This document shows, one piece after another, positions 1-9,722 of a stretch of 64,000 nt of DNA. The notes beneath the pieces were generated by a model. It searched no databases. It had not been told where the DNA came from and saw only the letters and a program-made list of their open reading frames with translations. How positions within the stretch are numbered: position 1 is the stretch's first letter; each line of letters starts with the position of its first letter. The translations under genes were made by a program, and so were the position numbers. This stretch comes from an uncultured Clostridia bacterium (GTDB taxonomy: Bacteria > CAYTYR01 > UBA6262), in contig CAYTYR010000004.1 of the NCBI GenBank assembly GCA_964441745.1, positions 1-64,000 on the forward strand, read 5' to 3'.

Positions 1-1036
<1,036 letters not shown>

Positions 1037-1163
1037 ATTTATTGATTTTGTTTTCTATTGGCTTAAGTGCACAAAGATGTTCTTTTTATACATATTAAAT
1101 AAATTATATTCAAACTCTATAAAGCATAATTATATCCAAGCCACGGTAATTAGACGAAGATTT

Positions 1164-1281
<118 letters not shown>

Positions 1282-1302
1282 TTATAATTCTTCAAGGAGT
1301 GG

Positions 1303-1710
1303 ATGTATTTGGAGCATAAGGTCGTAGCGCACTTTTTGACCAAAGAGATCAAAAAGGGAACAACCTATGATTATACCAGTGAATCGCCGATGATGCATTT
1401 ATTGGTCACGGATGATGCTGGGAAAAAACAGGTTGATCGCGTAAATATAGACCTAGTTAAAGCTATTTTCTTTGTGCGTGATCATGAAGGAAACAGCCTT
1501 TATAAAGAAAAAAAGGAATTTGAGCCGGGCAAGACCGTATATGGGAAAAAATTGTCCATAGAATTTCATGACGGCGAAAAGATCGTCGGTTATTCAGTCA
1601 ATAATCCTTCCCAGAAAAAGCGGTTTGTCATGATACCGGCCGACCCAAACGGGAATAATTTAAAAATACTGATAAATATGGATACTATAAAGGACCTTGT
1701 TTATCTATGA
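1303..1710 (+). CDS. Conserved hypothetical protein, 135 aa (DUF6982-like, duplicated small beta-barrel)
   Basis: AAGGAG RBS; internal half-repeat (KVVAHF..IKKG / KLSIEFHDGEKIVG), KAIFFVRD and PADPNGNN motifs. Confidence 0.65.
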   Translation: MYLEHKVVAHFLTKEIKKGTTYDYTSESPMMHLLVTDDAGKKQVDRVNIDLVKAIFFVRDHEGNSLYKEKKEFEPGKTVYGKKLSIEFHDGEKIVGYSVNNPSQKKRFVMIPADPNGNNLKILINMDTIKDLVYL

Positions 1711-1740
1711 TTGTACCTGAAGCTAAAACCAGGAATATAT

Positions 1741-1778
1741 AAAGGCATTGTTATTTTAAATAACAATGCCTTTTTTTA
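1741..1778 (+). terminator. Intrinsic terminator, likely the end of the rRNA operon transcript
   Basis: AAAGGCATTGTTATT / AATAACAATGCCTTT perfect stem followed by T7. Confidence 0.85.
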
Positions 1779-1787
1779 TTTAGGAAC

Positions 1788-1900
1788 GATTACACAGATT
1801 ATATAAAGAGATTGACACACCTGCCTGCCGGCAGGCAGGGATTCAAGCCAAAAAATATTTGCTCTAATCGGTGTAATCTTCTTCTGTAATCGGTGTAATC
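1788..1900. repeat. Four-box inverted-repeat element (GATTACACAGATT x2 ... AATCGGTGTAATC x2) with a nested 20-bp palindrome
   Basis: Boxes at 1788-1800, 1810-1843 (interrupted), 1866-1878 and 1888-1900; perfect palindrome CCTGCCTGCCGGCAGGCAGG at 1820-1839. Confidence 0.85.
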
Positions 1901-1914
1901 AAAGGAGGCTTCTA

Positions 1915-3918
1915 ATGAAAAAGTATGAGGCAGGGAACATCCGTAACGTGGTCCTAACCGGGCATGGCACGGTCGGCAAAACCAGCCTGAACGAAGCCAT
2001 GCTTGCAAACTGCAAGATGACTGACCGGTTGGGCAAGATCATTGAAGGGAATACGGTCAGCGATTTCCGCGAAGATGAGATCAACCGCAAGATTTCCATT
2101 AACCTGTCGTTATCCTATTGCGAATATAAAGACACCAAAATAAATATTATCGATACTCCCGGTTACGCGGATTTTGTCGGCGAGGTGATGAGCGGCCTAA
2201 AGGCGGCGGAAGCGGCAATTGTGGTGGTGGATGCGGTCAATGGCTGTGATGTTGGCACGGAAAAGGTTTGGAAATATGCCGAAGCGAACAATTTGCCGCG
2301 TATTATCTTCGTCAACCGGATGGATAAGGAGAATGCTTCGGTAGAGAAAGTGCTGTCCACTTTGAGTACAAAGCTCGAAAGTAATTTTGTACCTATTCAG
2401 CTTCCCGTCGGTATTTCCGGCACATTCAAAGAGGTGATAGGACTGTTAAAATTGAATGATGTCCCGGCTGAAATGAAAGCGCAAGCTGAAGAATATCATG
2501 ATAAATTAACTGAGGCTATTGCCTCGCTGGATGAAAAGATGATTGAAGAATACCTTGAAGGCAAAGAGCTGACCAGGGAAGAAATAGTCAATGGCCTGCA
2601 GCAAGGCATGATGGAAAAAAAGCTTGTCCCTGTTCTTTTCGGCTCTGCTACTAATAATATCGGCGTGAATCAACTGCTGGATTTTATTGTGGAATATTTG
2701 CCGTCTCCGGCTAAAAATCCTCAAATTAAGCCCGCCGACCCGGTTTCCGCGCTTATTTTTAAGACACATATTGAACCACATATGGGAGAAATAGCTTATT
2801 TGAAAGTTTATTCAGGGACAGTTGTTCCCGGACTTGACTTGTTGAATAGCCATAAACGTGCCAATGAGAGGTTGGGGCAGATTTCAGTGGCGCTGGGTAA
2901 GAACCGGAAAGATGTGGAAGGATTGGCGGCTGGCGATATCGGCGCGGTAGTAAAATTAAAAAATAGCGCAACCAATGATACTTTGTGCGATCCAAAACAT
3001 GAAGTGACGATAGAACCCATTAATTTTCCGCATACGCTGATGGATATGGCAGTGTTCGGTAAGAGCAAAGAAGAAACTGAAAAGATAGGGCATGCCATTC
3101 ATATTTTGATGAAAGAGGATCCGACCATAAGGTATGGCCTGAATCCAGAGACCCATGAAAGTATCCTGTCCGGAATAGGCAGTTTGCAGCTGGAAGTGTT
3201 ATCCAGCCGCCTGAAAAGCCGCTACGGCGTGACCATGGAATTGAAAAAACCAAAAGTGCCATACCGGGAAACTATCCGCGCCAAAGTGGAAGTACAGGGC
3301 AAGCATAAGAAACAATCTGGCGGCCACGGCCAATATGGTGATGTCTGGATCAAGGCAGAGCCGATGGAAAGAAGCAAGGGTTTTGAATTCGTCAATAAGA
3401 TCGTCGGCGGGGCTATCCCCAAGAATTATATCCCGGCAGTGGAAAAAGGGATTAAAGAGACCATGGATATGGGTATTTTGGCCGGCTATCCTGTGGTCGA
3501 TATACGGGTAATTTTATTTGATGGCTCTTATCATGATGTGGACTCAAGCGATATGGCTTTTAAGATCGCTGGCAGTATGGCTATACACAAGGCAGTGGAA
3601 GATGCCAGGCCTTATTTGCTGGAGCCGATCATGAGCGCGGAGATCTATACACCAGAAGAGTTTACCGGGACGGTAATGGGCGATCTTAATTCGCGCCGCG
3701 GCCGGGTACTGGGTATGGATAAGGAAGGCCGGGAAACCGTAGTTAAAGCTTTAGTGCCACTTTCGGAAATGCATGAATATGCTACCAGCCTGCGTTCATC
3801 CACGCACGGCAGCGGTACATTCAATATGAAATTTGACCATTATGAAGAACTGCCTTCGCAGTTAGCGGTACCCCTGATCGAGACCTATAAGAAGCACCGG
3901 GAAGAAGGAACTAAATAG
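1915..3918 (+). CDS. fusA2: Elongation factor G paralogue (EF-G2 type)
   Basis: GHGTVGKT, RKISI, DTPGYADF, NRMD; C-terminal KKQSGGHGQY and DGSYHDVDSS; not in an rpsL-rpsG-tuf operon. Confidence 0.93.
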   Translation: MKKYEAGNIRNVVLTGHGTVGKTSLNEAMLANCKMTDRLGKIIEGNTVSDFREDEINRKISINLSLSYCEYKDTKINIIDTPGYADFVGEVMSGLKAAEAAIVVVDAVNGCDVGTEKVWKYAEANNLPRIIFVNRMDKENASVEKVLSTLSTKLESNFVPIQLPVGISGTFKEVIGLLKLNDVPAEMKAQAEEYHDKLTEAIASLDEKMIEEYLEGKELTREEIVNGLQQGMMEKKLVPVLFGSATNNIGVNQLLDFIVEYLPSPAKNPQIKPADPVSALIFKTHIEPHMGEIAYLKVYSGTVVPGLDLLNSHKRANERLGQISVALGKNRKDVEGLAAGDIGAVVKLKNSATNDTLCDPKHEVTIEPINFPHTLMDMAVFGKSKEETEKIGHAIHILMKEDPTIRYGLNPETHESILSGIGSLQLEVLSSRLKSRYGVTMELKKPKVPYRETIRAKVEVQGKHKKQSGGHGQYGDVWIKAEPMERSKGFEFVNKIVGGAIPKNYIPAVEKGIKETMDMGILAGYPVVDIRVILFDGSYHDVDSSDMAFKIAGSMAIHKAVEDARPYLLEPIMSAEIYTPEEFTGTVMGDLNSRRGRVLGMDKEGRETVVKALVPLSEMHEYATSLRSSTHGSGTFNMKFDHYEELPSQLAVPLIETYKKHREEGTK

Positions 3919-3965
3919 TAAGAACGCTTATGGCATATAGCTTATAGCGTATGGCAAAGGCAAGG

Positions 3966-3993
3966 AATAGGAGTGAGCAATCACTCCTATTTT
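3966..3993 (+). terminator. Intrinsic terminator after fusA2
   Basis: AATAGGAGTGA gcaa TCACTCCTATT followed by TT. Confidence 0.8.
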
Positions 3994-4101
3994 GTCCGCC
4001 TACGCACATTCCTGTGCTTCGGCGGATTTCACTTTACAGGATATAAAAATTGTGCTAAAATAACTAATTGCATAACTATAATTCAATAAAGGAGAACGAT
4101 A

Positions 4102-4860
4102 ATGTCAGGTCATTCAAAATGGGCCAGTATCAAGCATAAAAAAGCTGCTACTGACGCCAAAAAAGGAAAAGTTTTTACGCGGATTATTCGGGAGCTCACC
4201 ATGGCGGCTAAAGCCGGCGGTGGTGACCCGGCAGGAAATGCCAGTTTAAGGAAGGCGATCGAAGATGCCAAGGCAGCTAATATGCCCCAGGACAATATCA
4301 AAAAGGCGATCCAGAGAGGTACGGGTGAATTGCCTGGTGTGGTTTATGAAGAATGTACTTACGAAGGATATGGCCCGGGTGGAGTGGCCATAATTGTCGA
4401 AGCCACCACTGAAAATAAGAACCGCACGTCCAATGAGATCAGGAAGATCTTCTCCCAGCACGGCGGGAATATGGGCGAAGGCGGCTGTGTCGGCTGGATG
4501 TTTAAGAAGAAGGGTTTAATTGAAGTCCCCAAGAAGAATTATAAGGAAGAGGAATTAATGGATATCGCTTTAGAAGCCGGCGCTTCTGATATTGCCAGCG
4601 ATGATGAAGAAATATACGAAATCACTACTGACCCGGCAGCTTTTGCCGAGGTGAAGAAGAATCTTGATGATAAAAAAGTAGCCTATACTTTTGCCGAAGT
4701 GACTTTAATCCCCCAAACCTATGTTAAGTTGAGCGGCCGCGAAGCAGAACAGATGATGGCCCTGGTAGAGGGAATGGAAGAACATGATGATACTAAAAAT
4801 GTCCATTCCAATGTGGATATTTCCAAGGAAGAAATGGAACGGATTTCAAACTTGACATAA
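4102..4860 (+). CDS. yebC: YebC/PmpR family protein
   Basis: MSGHSKWASIKHKK, YEGYGPGG; upstream of ruvCAB. Confidence 0.97.
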   Translation: MSGHSKWASIKHKKAATDAKKGKVFTRIIRELTMAAKAGGGDPAGNASLRKAIEDAKAANMPQDNIKKAIQRGTGELPGVVYEECTYEGYGPGGVAIIVEATTENKNRTSNEIRKIFSQHGGNMGEGGCVGWMFKKKGLIEVPKKNYKEEELMDIALEAGASDIASDDEEIYEITTDPAAFAEVKKNLDDKKVAYTFAEVTLIPQTYVKLSGREAEQMMALVEGMEEHDDTKNVHSNVDISKEEMERISNLT

Positions 4861-4869
4861 ATAAATACA

Positions 4870-4943
4870 GCGTATAGCGTAAAGCGTGTAGCGGATAGTT
4901 TAAGGTACTTCCTATACGCTAAACGCTACCCGCTATCCGCTAA
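4870..4943 (+). repeat. ~73-bp heptamer-repeat hairpin element, copy 1
   Basis: (GCGTATA)-like x4, loop, (TACGCTA)-like x4; near-identical to 15858-15932 and to the reverse complement of 26055-26128. Confidence 0.9.
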
Positions 4944-4958
4944 CTCGTGAGGTTTTCC

Positions 4959-5453
4959 ATGATCGTATTAGGTGTTGATCCGGGGACAGCAACCACAGGG
5001 TGGGGCGTTTTAGAAACAGTTGGCAGTTCGCGGTTGGCAGTTCGCGGTTACGGGGCAATAATTACCAAAAGCACGACACCTTTTCCGGAAAGATTGGAAA
5101 TAATCCACCGGGAACTCCAAAAGATTATCAGGCAATACCAGCCAGAAGCAGCCGCTGTTGAAGAATTATTCTTTGCCAAGAATGTAAAAACAGCTATTAG
5201 CGTGGGGCATGCCCGTGGCGTGATTCTGTTGACGGCTATTGAAGAAGATCTCGAGATCTATGAATATACTCCTTTACAAGTAAAGCAATCCCTGGTCGGG
5301 TATGGCCGGGCGGAGAAATCCCAAATGCAAAAAATGATCAAGGTAGTGCTGGGCTTAAAAGAAATCCCCAAGCCAGATGATGTAGCTGATGCTCTGGCTG
5401 TAGCTTTCACCCATATTTCCAATGCCAAATATCACCAGAAGACAGGACTTTAA
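4959..5453 (+). CDS. ruvC: Holliday junction resolvase RuvC
   Basis: LGVDPG, EELFF, KPDDVADALA; start placed at the ATG at 4959. Confidence 0.97.
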   Translation: MIVLGVDPGTATTGWGVLETVGSSRLAVRGYGAIITKSTTPFPERLEIIHRELQKIIRQYQPEAAAVEELFFAKNVKTAISVGHARGVILLTAIEEDLEIYEYTPLQVKQSLVGYGRAEKSQMQKMIKVVLGLKEIPKPDDVADALAVAFTHISNAKYHQKTGL

Positions 5454-6065
5454 ATGATCTATCATATTCATGGAAATCTTCTTGCCAGGAATGTTGATAA
5501 AGTAGTTATTGAAGCAGCTGGCTTGGGTTATGAAATTAATATCCCCGCCAGTACTTTTGAAAAATTACCGCCCTTGAATTTGCCGGTTAAGCTATTTATC
5601 TGTGAATCTACCGGAATGTATGGCTCTGGCACTACTTTATACGGATTCCTGACCGCCGAAGAAAAAGAAGTTTTCCTGCTCCTGAAAAGCATCTCCAAGG
5701 TTGGCGCCAAGGGAGCTTTGGAAATATTGTCAAAAGCCAGCAAGTCTTTTCTGCTCTTTAATAAAGCGATCAGGGACCGGGATGTCAAGACCCTGGTGGG
5801 AGTGTTTAACCTGACTAAGAAAACTGCGGACAAGCTCATTCTCGGATTAAAAGACAAGATCGGGCAGATGAGCGGCGTTTCCCCGGATAAAGAACGGTCA
5901 GACCTGCAAGATATGCAAGAGATCAATGATGCTGTCGCTGGATTGATGGCCATGGGCTTTTCCCAGGGCAAGGCGCGGGAAGCGGTGGAACAGGCGGCGC
6001 AGGATAAACCCGAGGCCCAAGTAGCGGATTTGATCAAGCACTCATTAAAATTAATGCGGGGATAA
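5454..6065 (+). CDS. ruvA: Holliday junction branch migration protein RuvA
   Basis: OB fold GLGYEI, LYGF, HhH region, C-terminal LMAMGF domain. Confidence 0.95.
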   Translation: MIYHIHGNLLARNVDKVVIEAAGLGYEINIPASTFEKLPPLNLPVKLFICESTGMYGSGTTLYGFLTAEEKEVFLLLKSISKVGAKGALEILSKASKSFLLFNKAIRDRDVKTLVGVFNLTKKTADKLILGLKDKIGQMSGVSPDKERSDLQDMQEINDAVAGLMAMGFSQGKAREAVEQAAQDKPEAQVADLIKHSLKLMRG

Positions 6066-6095
6066 GGTAAAGAGATTTCAGAGACAGGACACTAG

Positions 6096-7118
6096 ATGCA
6101 GGAAAAATTGACTTCACCGGAAAATAACAACGAAGATTTAAAATCGGATGTTTCCCTGCGCCCGCAAAAACTGGTTGAATTCGTCGGCCAGGATAAATTA
6201 AAAGAAAACCTCCAGATCTTTATAGATGCAGCTAAACAGCGGCAAGAACCATTAGATCATTGCTTGTTTTACAGCCCGCCGGGATTGGGCAAAACAACTC
6301 TTTCCCATATCATCGCCAATGAGATGGGTATGGGTATCCGGGCAACCAGTGGCCCAGTGCTGGAGCGGGTCGGTGACCTGGCCGCATTGTTAACTGACTT
6401 GAAAGACGGCGACGTTTTTTTCATCGATGAGATCCACCGGCTGAACCGCCTGGTGGAAGAAGCGTTATATCCGGCCATGGAAGAATTCAAACTGGATATT
6501 GTGATCGGGGAAGGGCCAAGTGCCCGTTCGATCAAACTGGACCTGCCGCACTTTACATTGGTCGGGGCTACTACCCGGGCAGGATTGCTAACCAGCCCTT
6601 TGCGTGACCGTTTTGGAATTATCGGCCATTTGAATTTCTATAGTTTAGCTGAGCTGGAAAAAATAGTTTTCCGTTCCGCTAAAATATTGAATATTGCCAT
6701 TGACCAGGGAGGAGCCTCAGAGATGGCCAAGCGTTCGCGCGGTACTCCCCGGATCATCAACCGGTTGCTTAAACGAGTGCGGGATTTTGCCCAGGTCAAG
6801 GGACAGGGTGTTATTACCGAAGATATCGCTAATCAGGCGCTGGATATGCTGGCTATCGATGGCGCGGGTCTGGATGAAATGGACCGGCGGATACTGGAAA
6901 CGATCATTAGTAAATTTTCTGGCGGCCCGGTGGGTATTGAAACCATTGCCATTGCCGTGAATGAAGAGGTTGATACGATCACTGATGTATATGAACCGTT
7001 CCTGATCCAGGCTGGTTTTTTATCGCGCACCGCGCGCGGCCGGCTGGTGACTGAGAATGCCTATAAACACTTGCGTCTTATCCCCACAGCAACAGGCAGG
7101 CAGGAAGAATTGTTATAA
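6096..7118 (+). CDS. ruvB: Holliday junction helicase RuvB
   Basis: [36 protein letters not shown]. Confidence 0.98.
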   Translation: MQEKLTSPENNNEDLKSDVSLRPQKLVEFVGQDKLKENLQIFIDAAKQRQEPLDHCLFYSPPGLGKTTLSHIIANEMGMGIRATSGPVLERVGDLAALLTDLKDGDVFFIDEIHRLNRLVEEALYPAMEEFKLDIVIGEGPSARSIKLDLPHFTLVGATTRAGLLTSPLRDRFGIIGHLNFYSLAELEKIVFRSAKILNIAIDQGGASEMAKRSRGTPRIINRLLKRVRDFAQVKGQGVITEDIANQALDMLAIDGAGLDEMDRRILETIISKFSGGPVGIETIAIAVNEEVDTITDVYEPFLIQAGFLSRTARGRLVTENAYKHLRLIPTATGRQEELL

Positions 7119-7213
7119 GACAGTGATAAGTGGTAAAGTGGTAGGAGAATAGCGGGAAGAACAGCAAGTGGTAAGTAAACACAGAGATAAAAGTGGTAAA
7201 GGGGTAAAGTAAA

Positions 7214-8335
7214 TTGAAAAAAATAGTATTGCTTTTTATATTCTTAATCTTGACCACCAATATTGCTATAGCGGCTCAGCCGATCATTCATGTCGGTATT
7301 CTGCGTAATGTAACCGAAGCTACTGTCGGCTCAAAAGGACTTTTTGAAGTAGTTTTTTCTAAGACCGGTAATATTAGCTATTATAATCATCCCATTACCA
7401 TAAAGATCAAGAATAACAGTTTATATGTGGATACCAAAAAAGTCAGCAGCGATCGGGTTTCATTACGCACTGAAGACAACCGGGTATTGATCAATGGCCG
7501 GAAATACCGCGGAACCCTGGAAATAATAAATAATGCGCCAAAGTCTTTTGCGGTAGTGGAAATTCTGCCGCTGGATGAATACCTATATGGCATTATCAAG
7601 CATGAAATTTCCCCGAAATGGCCGGAAGAAGCGATCAAGGCGCAGATAGTAGCCGCCAGGACTTATGCCTTAAAGAATTTCGGGAAACACGCTAAAGAAG
7701 GATATGACCTTTGTAATACCACTTGCTGCCAAGTTTATGGCGGACTGGAAAGCGAAGATCCGGTCTCTAATGCCCTGGTTGATAGTACTACCGGGGAGAT
7801 CCTTACTTATAATTCAGAGTTGATCTCCACCCCGTATCATGGTTTTTGCGGTGGGTATACCGAAGATCCGCGCAATGTCTGGGAGGGCCTGAATAAGATA
7901 AAATACCTGCCGATAAAAAAATGCACGTATTGCAAAAAAGCGCCCCACTATAACTGGTCAGCCAGGTTTGAACGTACCAAGATTGAATCAATCCTCTCAG
8001 CCTCAGGTTTAAGCATTGGGAAAATTACCAATATTAAAATTAATGACAAAAGCTCATCTGGGCGGGTCATAGAAATAAAAATCACCCATAAAGATGGGAA
8101 GATCCTGCTTAAAGCTAATAAGTTTCGTTTAACTCTTGGGCCGGATGTTATCCGCAGCGCTATGTTTAAGATAAAAAAGGAAAAAGACGCCTATATCTTT
8201 GAAGGTACTGGCTGGGGACATGGTGTCGGTATGTGCCAGGAAGGCGCAAGAGGCATGGCGGAAAAAGGTTATAACTATCGGCAAATCCTGCAATTTTACT
8301 ATCCTGGGACTGAGATCAAACCGTGGGCCTATTAG
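7214..8335 (+). CDS. SpoIID/LytB family lytic transglycosylase
   Basis: Signal peptide; EYLYG..HE, KAQIVAARTYA, CQVYGG, GWGHGVGMCQ.GA. Confidence 0.93.
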   Translation: MKKIVLLFIFLILTTNIAIAAQPIIHVGILRNVTEATVGSKGLFEVVFSKTGNISYYNHPITIKIKNNSLYVDTKKVSSDRVSLRTEDNRVLINGRKYRGTLEIINNAPKSFAVVEILPLDEYLYGIIKHEISPKWPEEAIKAQIVAARTYALKNFGKHAKEGYDLCNTTCCQVYGGLESEDPVSNALVDSTTGEILTYNSELISTPYHGFCGGYTEDPRNVWEGLNKIKYLPIKKCTYCKKAPHYNWSARFERTKIESILSASGLSIGKITNIKINDKSSSGRVIEIKITHKDGKILLKANKFRLTLGPDVIRSAMFKIKKEKDAYIFEGTGWGHGVGMCQEGARGMAEKGYNYRQILQFYYPGTEIKPWAY

Positions 8336-8337
8336 TC

Positions 8338-8451
8338 GCCTAGAACCTTTCATATCTTCTGAACTGCGGCGAAAAATGTGTTCACTTTTTAATAAGAAAA
8401 AATATTCACCTTTTTCGCCTCGTTTCACAGAATCTAAGAAAGGCTCTAGGC
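8338..8451. mobile_element. MITE-like long imperfect inverted repeat
   Basis: GCCTAGAACCTTTC...GAAAGGCTCTAGGC ends (1 mismatch); inner GGCGAAAAATGTG/CACCTTTTTCGCC; CTAG at both ends. Confidence 0.55.
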
Positions 8452-8470
8452 TTTTTGCCTTAGCATATTT

Positions 8471-9517
8471 ATGAACTTACATTTGTCTGATTTTGATTAT
8501 AATCTTCCGCCAGAACTTATTGCTCAGACTCCTGCCAAAGAACGCGACCAATCCCAATTACTGATCGTAAATAAGAGTTCTGAAAATATTGAGCATTCCA
8601 AATTTGACCGGATCATTGATCATTTGGGCCAGAATGACATCTTGGTTATCAATAATGCCCGGGTCATTCCGGCGCGGCTTTATGGCTATAAAAAAACCGG
8701 AGGCAAAGTAGAAATATTGCTGCTCAGGAAAATAGGCGCTAATGCCCGTCTCTGGGAAGCATTGGTCACTAATGCGCGCAAATTTAAGCCAAAAGATAAG
8801 ATTTATTTTAAAGATGAAACCCTGGAAGCAGAGATCAAGGAAAAAGGCGCTGAAGGCAAGGTGATCTTGTTTTTTAATACGCCCGATTTCCATAATATCC
8901 TGGCCAGGATAGGGAAGATGCCTCTGCCGCCTTATATCAAACGTGTGGCTGGGGAAGAAGATAAAGACAGGTATCAAACTATTTACGCGCAAAAAGAAGG
9001 GGCGGTAGCCGCTCCCACGGCGGGGTTGCATTTTACCCCGTCATTATTGGAAACGATCAAGTCTAAAGGAATAAAAATCGTACCCATCACCCTTTATGTC
9101 GGCATGGGGACCTTTATGCCGGTACGGACAGAGGATCTTACCCAGCACAAAATGGAAACTGAATTTTATGAAATACCGGAAGATTCGGCCCGGGCGATCA
9201 ACCAGGCAATTAAGGATGGCCAGAATATAGTATCAGTGGGAACGACAACAGTGCGAGCGCTGGAAAGTGCCGCCATGGAAAGAGACGGAACCTGGTTTGT
9301 GGCCGGTGGTAATAATAGTACGGAGATCTTTATTTATCCTGGATATGAATTCAAGATAGTTAAGAAGCTGATCACTAATTTCCATTTACCAAAATCAACA
9401 CTCTTGATGCTGGTGTCTGCATTTGCCGGAGCGGAAACGATTAAGAAGGCGTATCAAATAGCGATAGAAGAGAAATACCGCTTCTTCTCCTATGGCGACG
9501 CCATGTTTATTAGATAG
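8471..9517 (+). CDS. queA: S-adenosylmethionine:tRNA ribosyltransferase-isomerase
   Basis: DFDYNLPPELIAQ, MPLPPYI, AAPTAGLHF, TNFHLPKSTL, YRFFSYGDAM. Confidence 0.98.
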   Translation: MNLHLSDFDYNLPPELIAQTPAKERDQSQLLIVNKSSENIEHSKFDRIIDHLGQNDILVINNARVIPARLYGYKKTGGKVEILLLRKIGANARLWEALVTNARKFKPKDKIYFKDETLEAEIKEKGAEGKVILFFNTPDFHNILARIGKMPLPPYIKRVAGEEDKDRYQTIYAQKEGAVAAPTAGLHFTPSLLETIKSKGIKIVPITLYVGMGTFMPVRTEDLTQHKMETEFYEIPEDSARAINQAIKDGQNIVSVGTTTVRALESAAMERDGTWFVAGGNNSTEIFIYPGYEFKIVKKLITNFHLPKSTLLMLVSAFAGAETIKKAYQIAIEEKYRFFSYGDAMFIR

Positions 9518-9568
9518 TGGTAAAGTGATCGAGTGGTAGAGTGAAGGTAAGGGAAATAATATTGTATA

Positions 9569-9598
9569 TTGCTTTTTATTATCTTTTTATGATACTAT
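9569..9598 (+). promoter_or_regulatory. Putative sigma70-type promoter of the trehalose operon
   Basis: TTGCTT (9569) ... TG-a-TACTAT (9590-9598), immediately before the structured leader. Confidence 0.45.
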
Positions 9599-9610
9599 AA
9601 AAAAAAGAAT

Positions 9611-9711
9611 GCAATATACCGCAATTCAGGGTCCGGAGCAAATCCGGAGGATATAGAGATGATGGTCGGGCCGCCGTCTAGAGGTTAATCTAGATAGCGG
9701 TTCTTGCTTTT
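9611..9711 (+). ncRNA. Riboswitch-like 5' leader (resembles the nhaA-I / Li+-Na+ class) with an overlapping terminator
   Basis: GGGT-CCGGA(gcaaa)TCCGG hairpin, then TGGTCGGGCCGCC; its 3' end overlaps hairpin CCGCCGTCTAGA/TCTAGATAGCGG followed by TTCTTGCTTTT; GGAGG RBS follows. The class assignment is from recall of the motif, not a search. Confidence 0.6.
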
Positions 9712-9722
9712 ATGGAGGAGTA

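Noticed and set aside
1037-1163. tRNA or ncRNA in the 23S-5S spacer
   Set aside because: AT-rich with no cloverleaf; no tRNA was recognised anywhere in the window
4870-4943. Possible CRISPR array in the tandem repeats
   Set aside because: 7-nt units with no unique spacers, and no cas genes in the window
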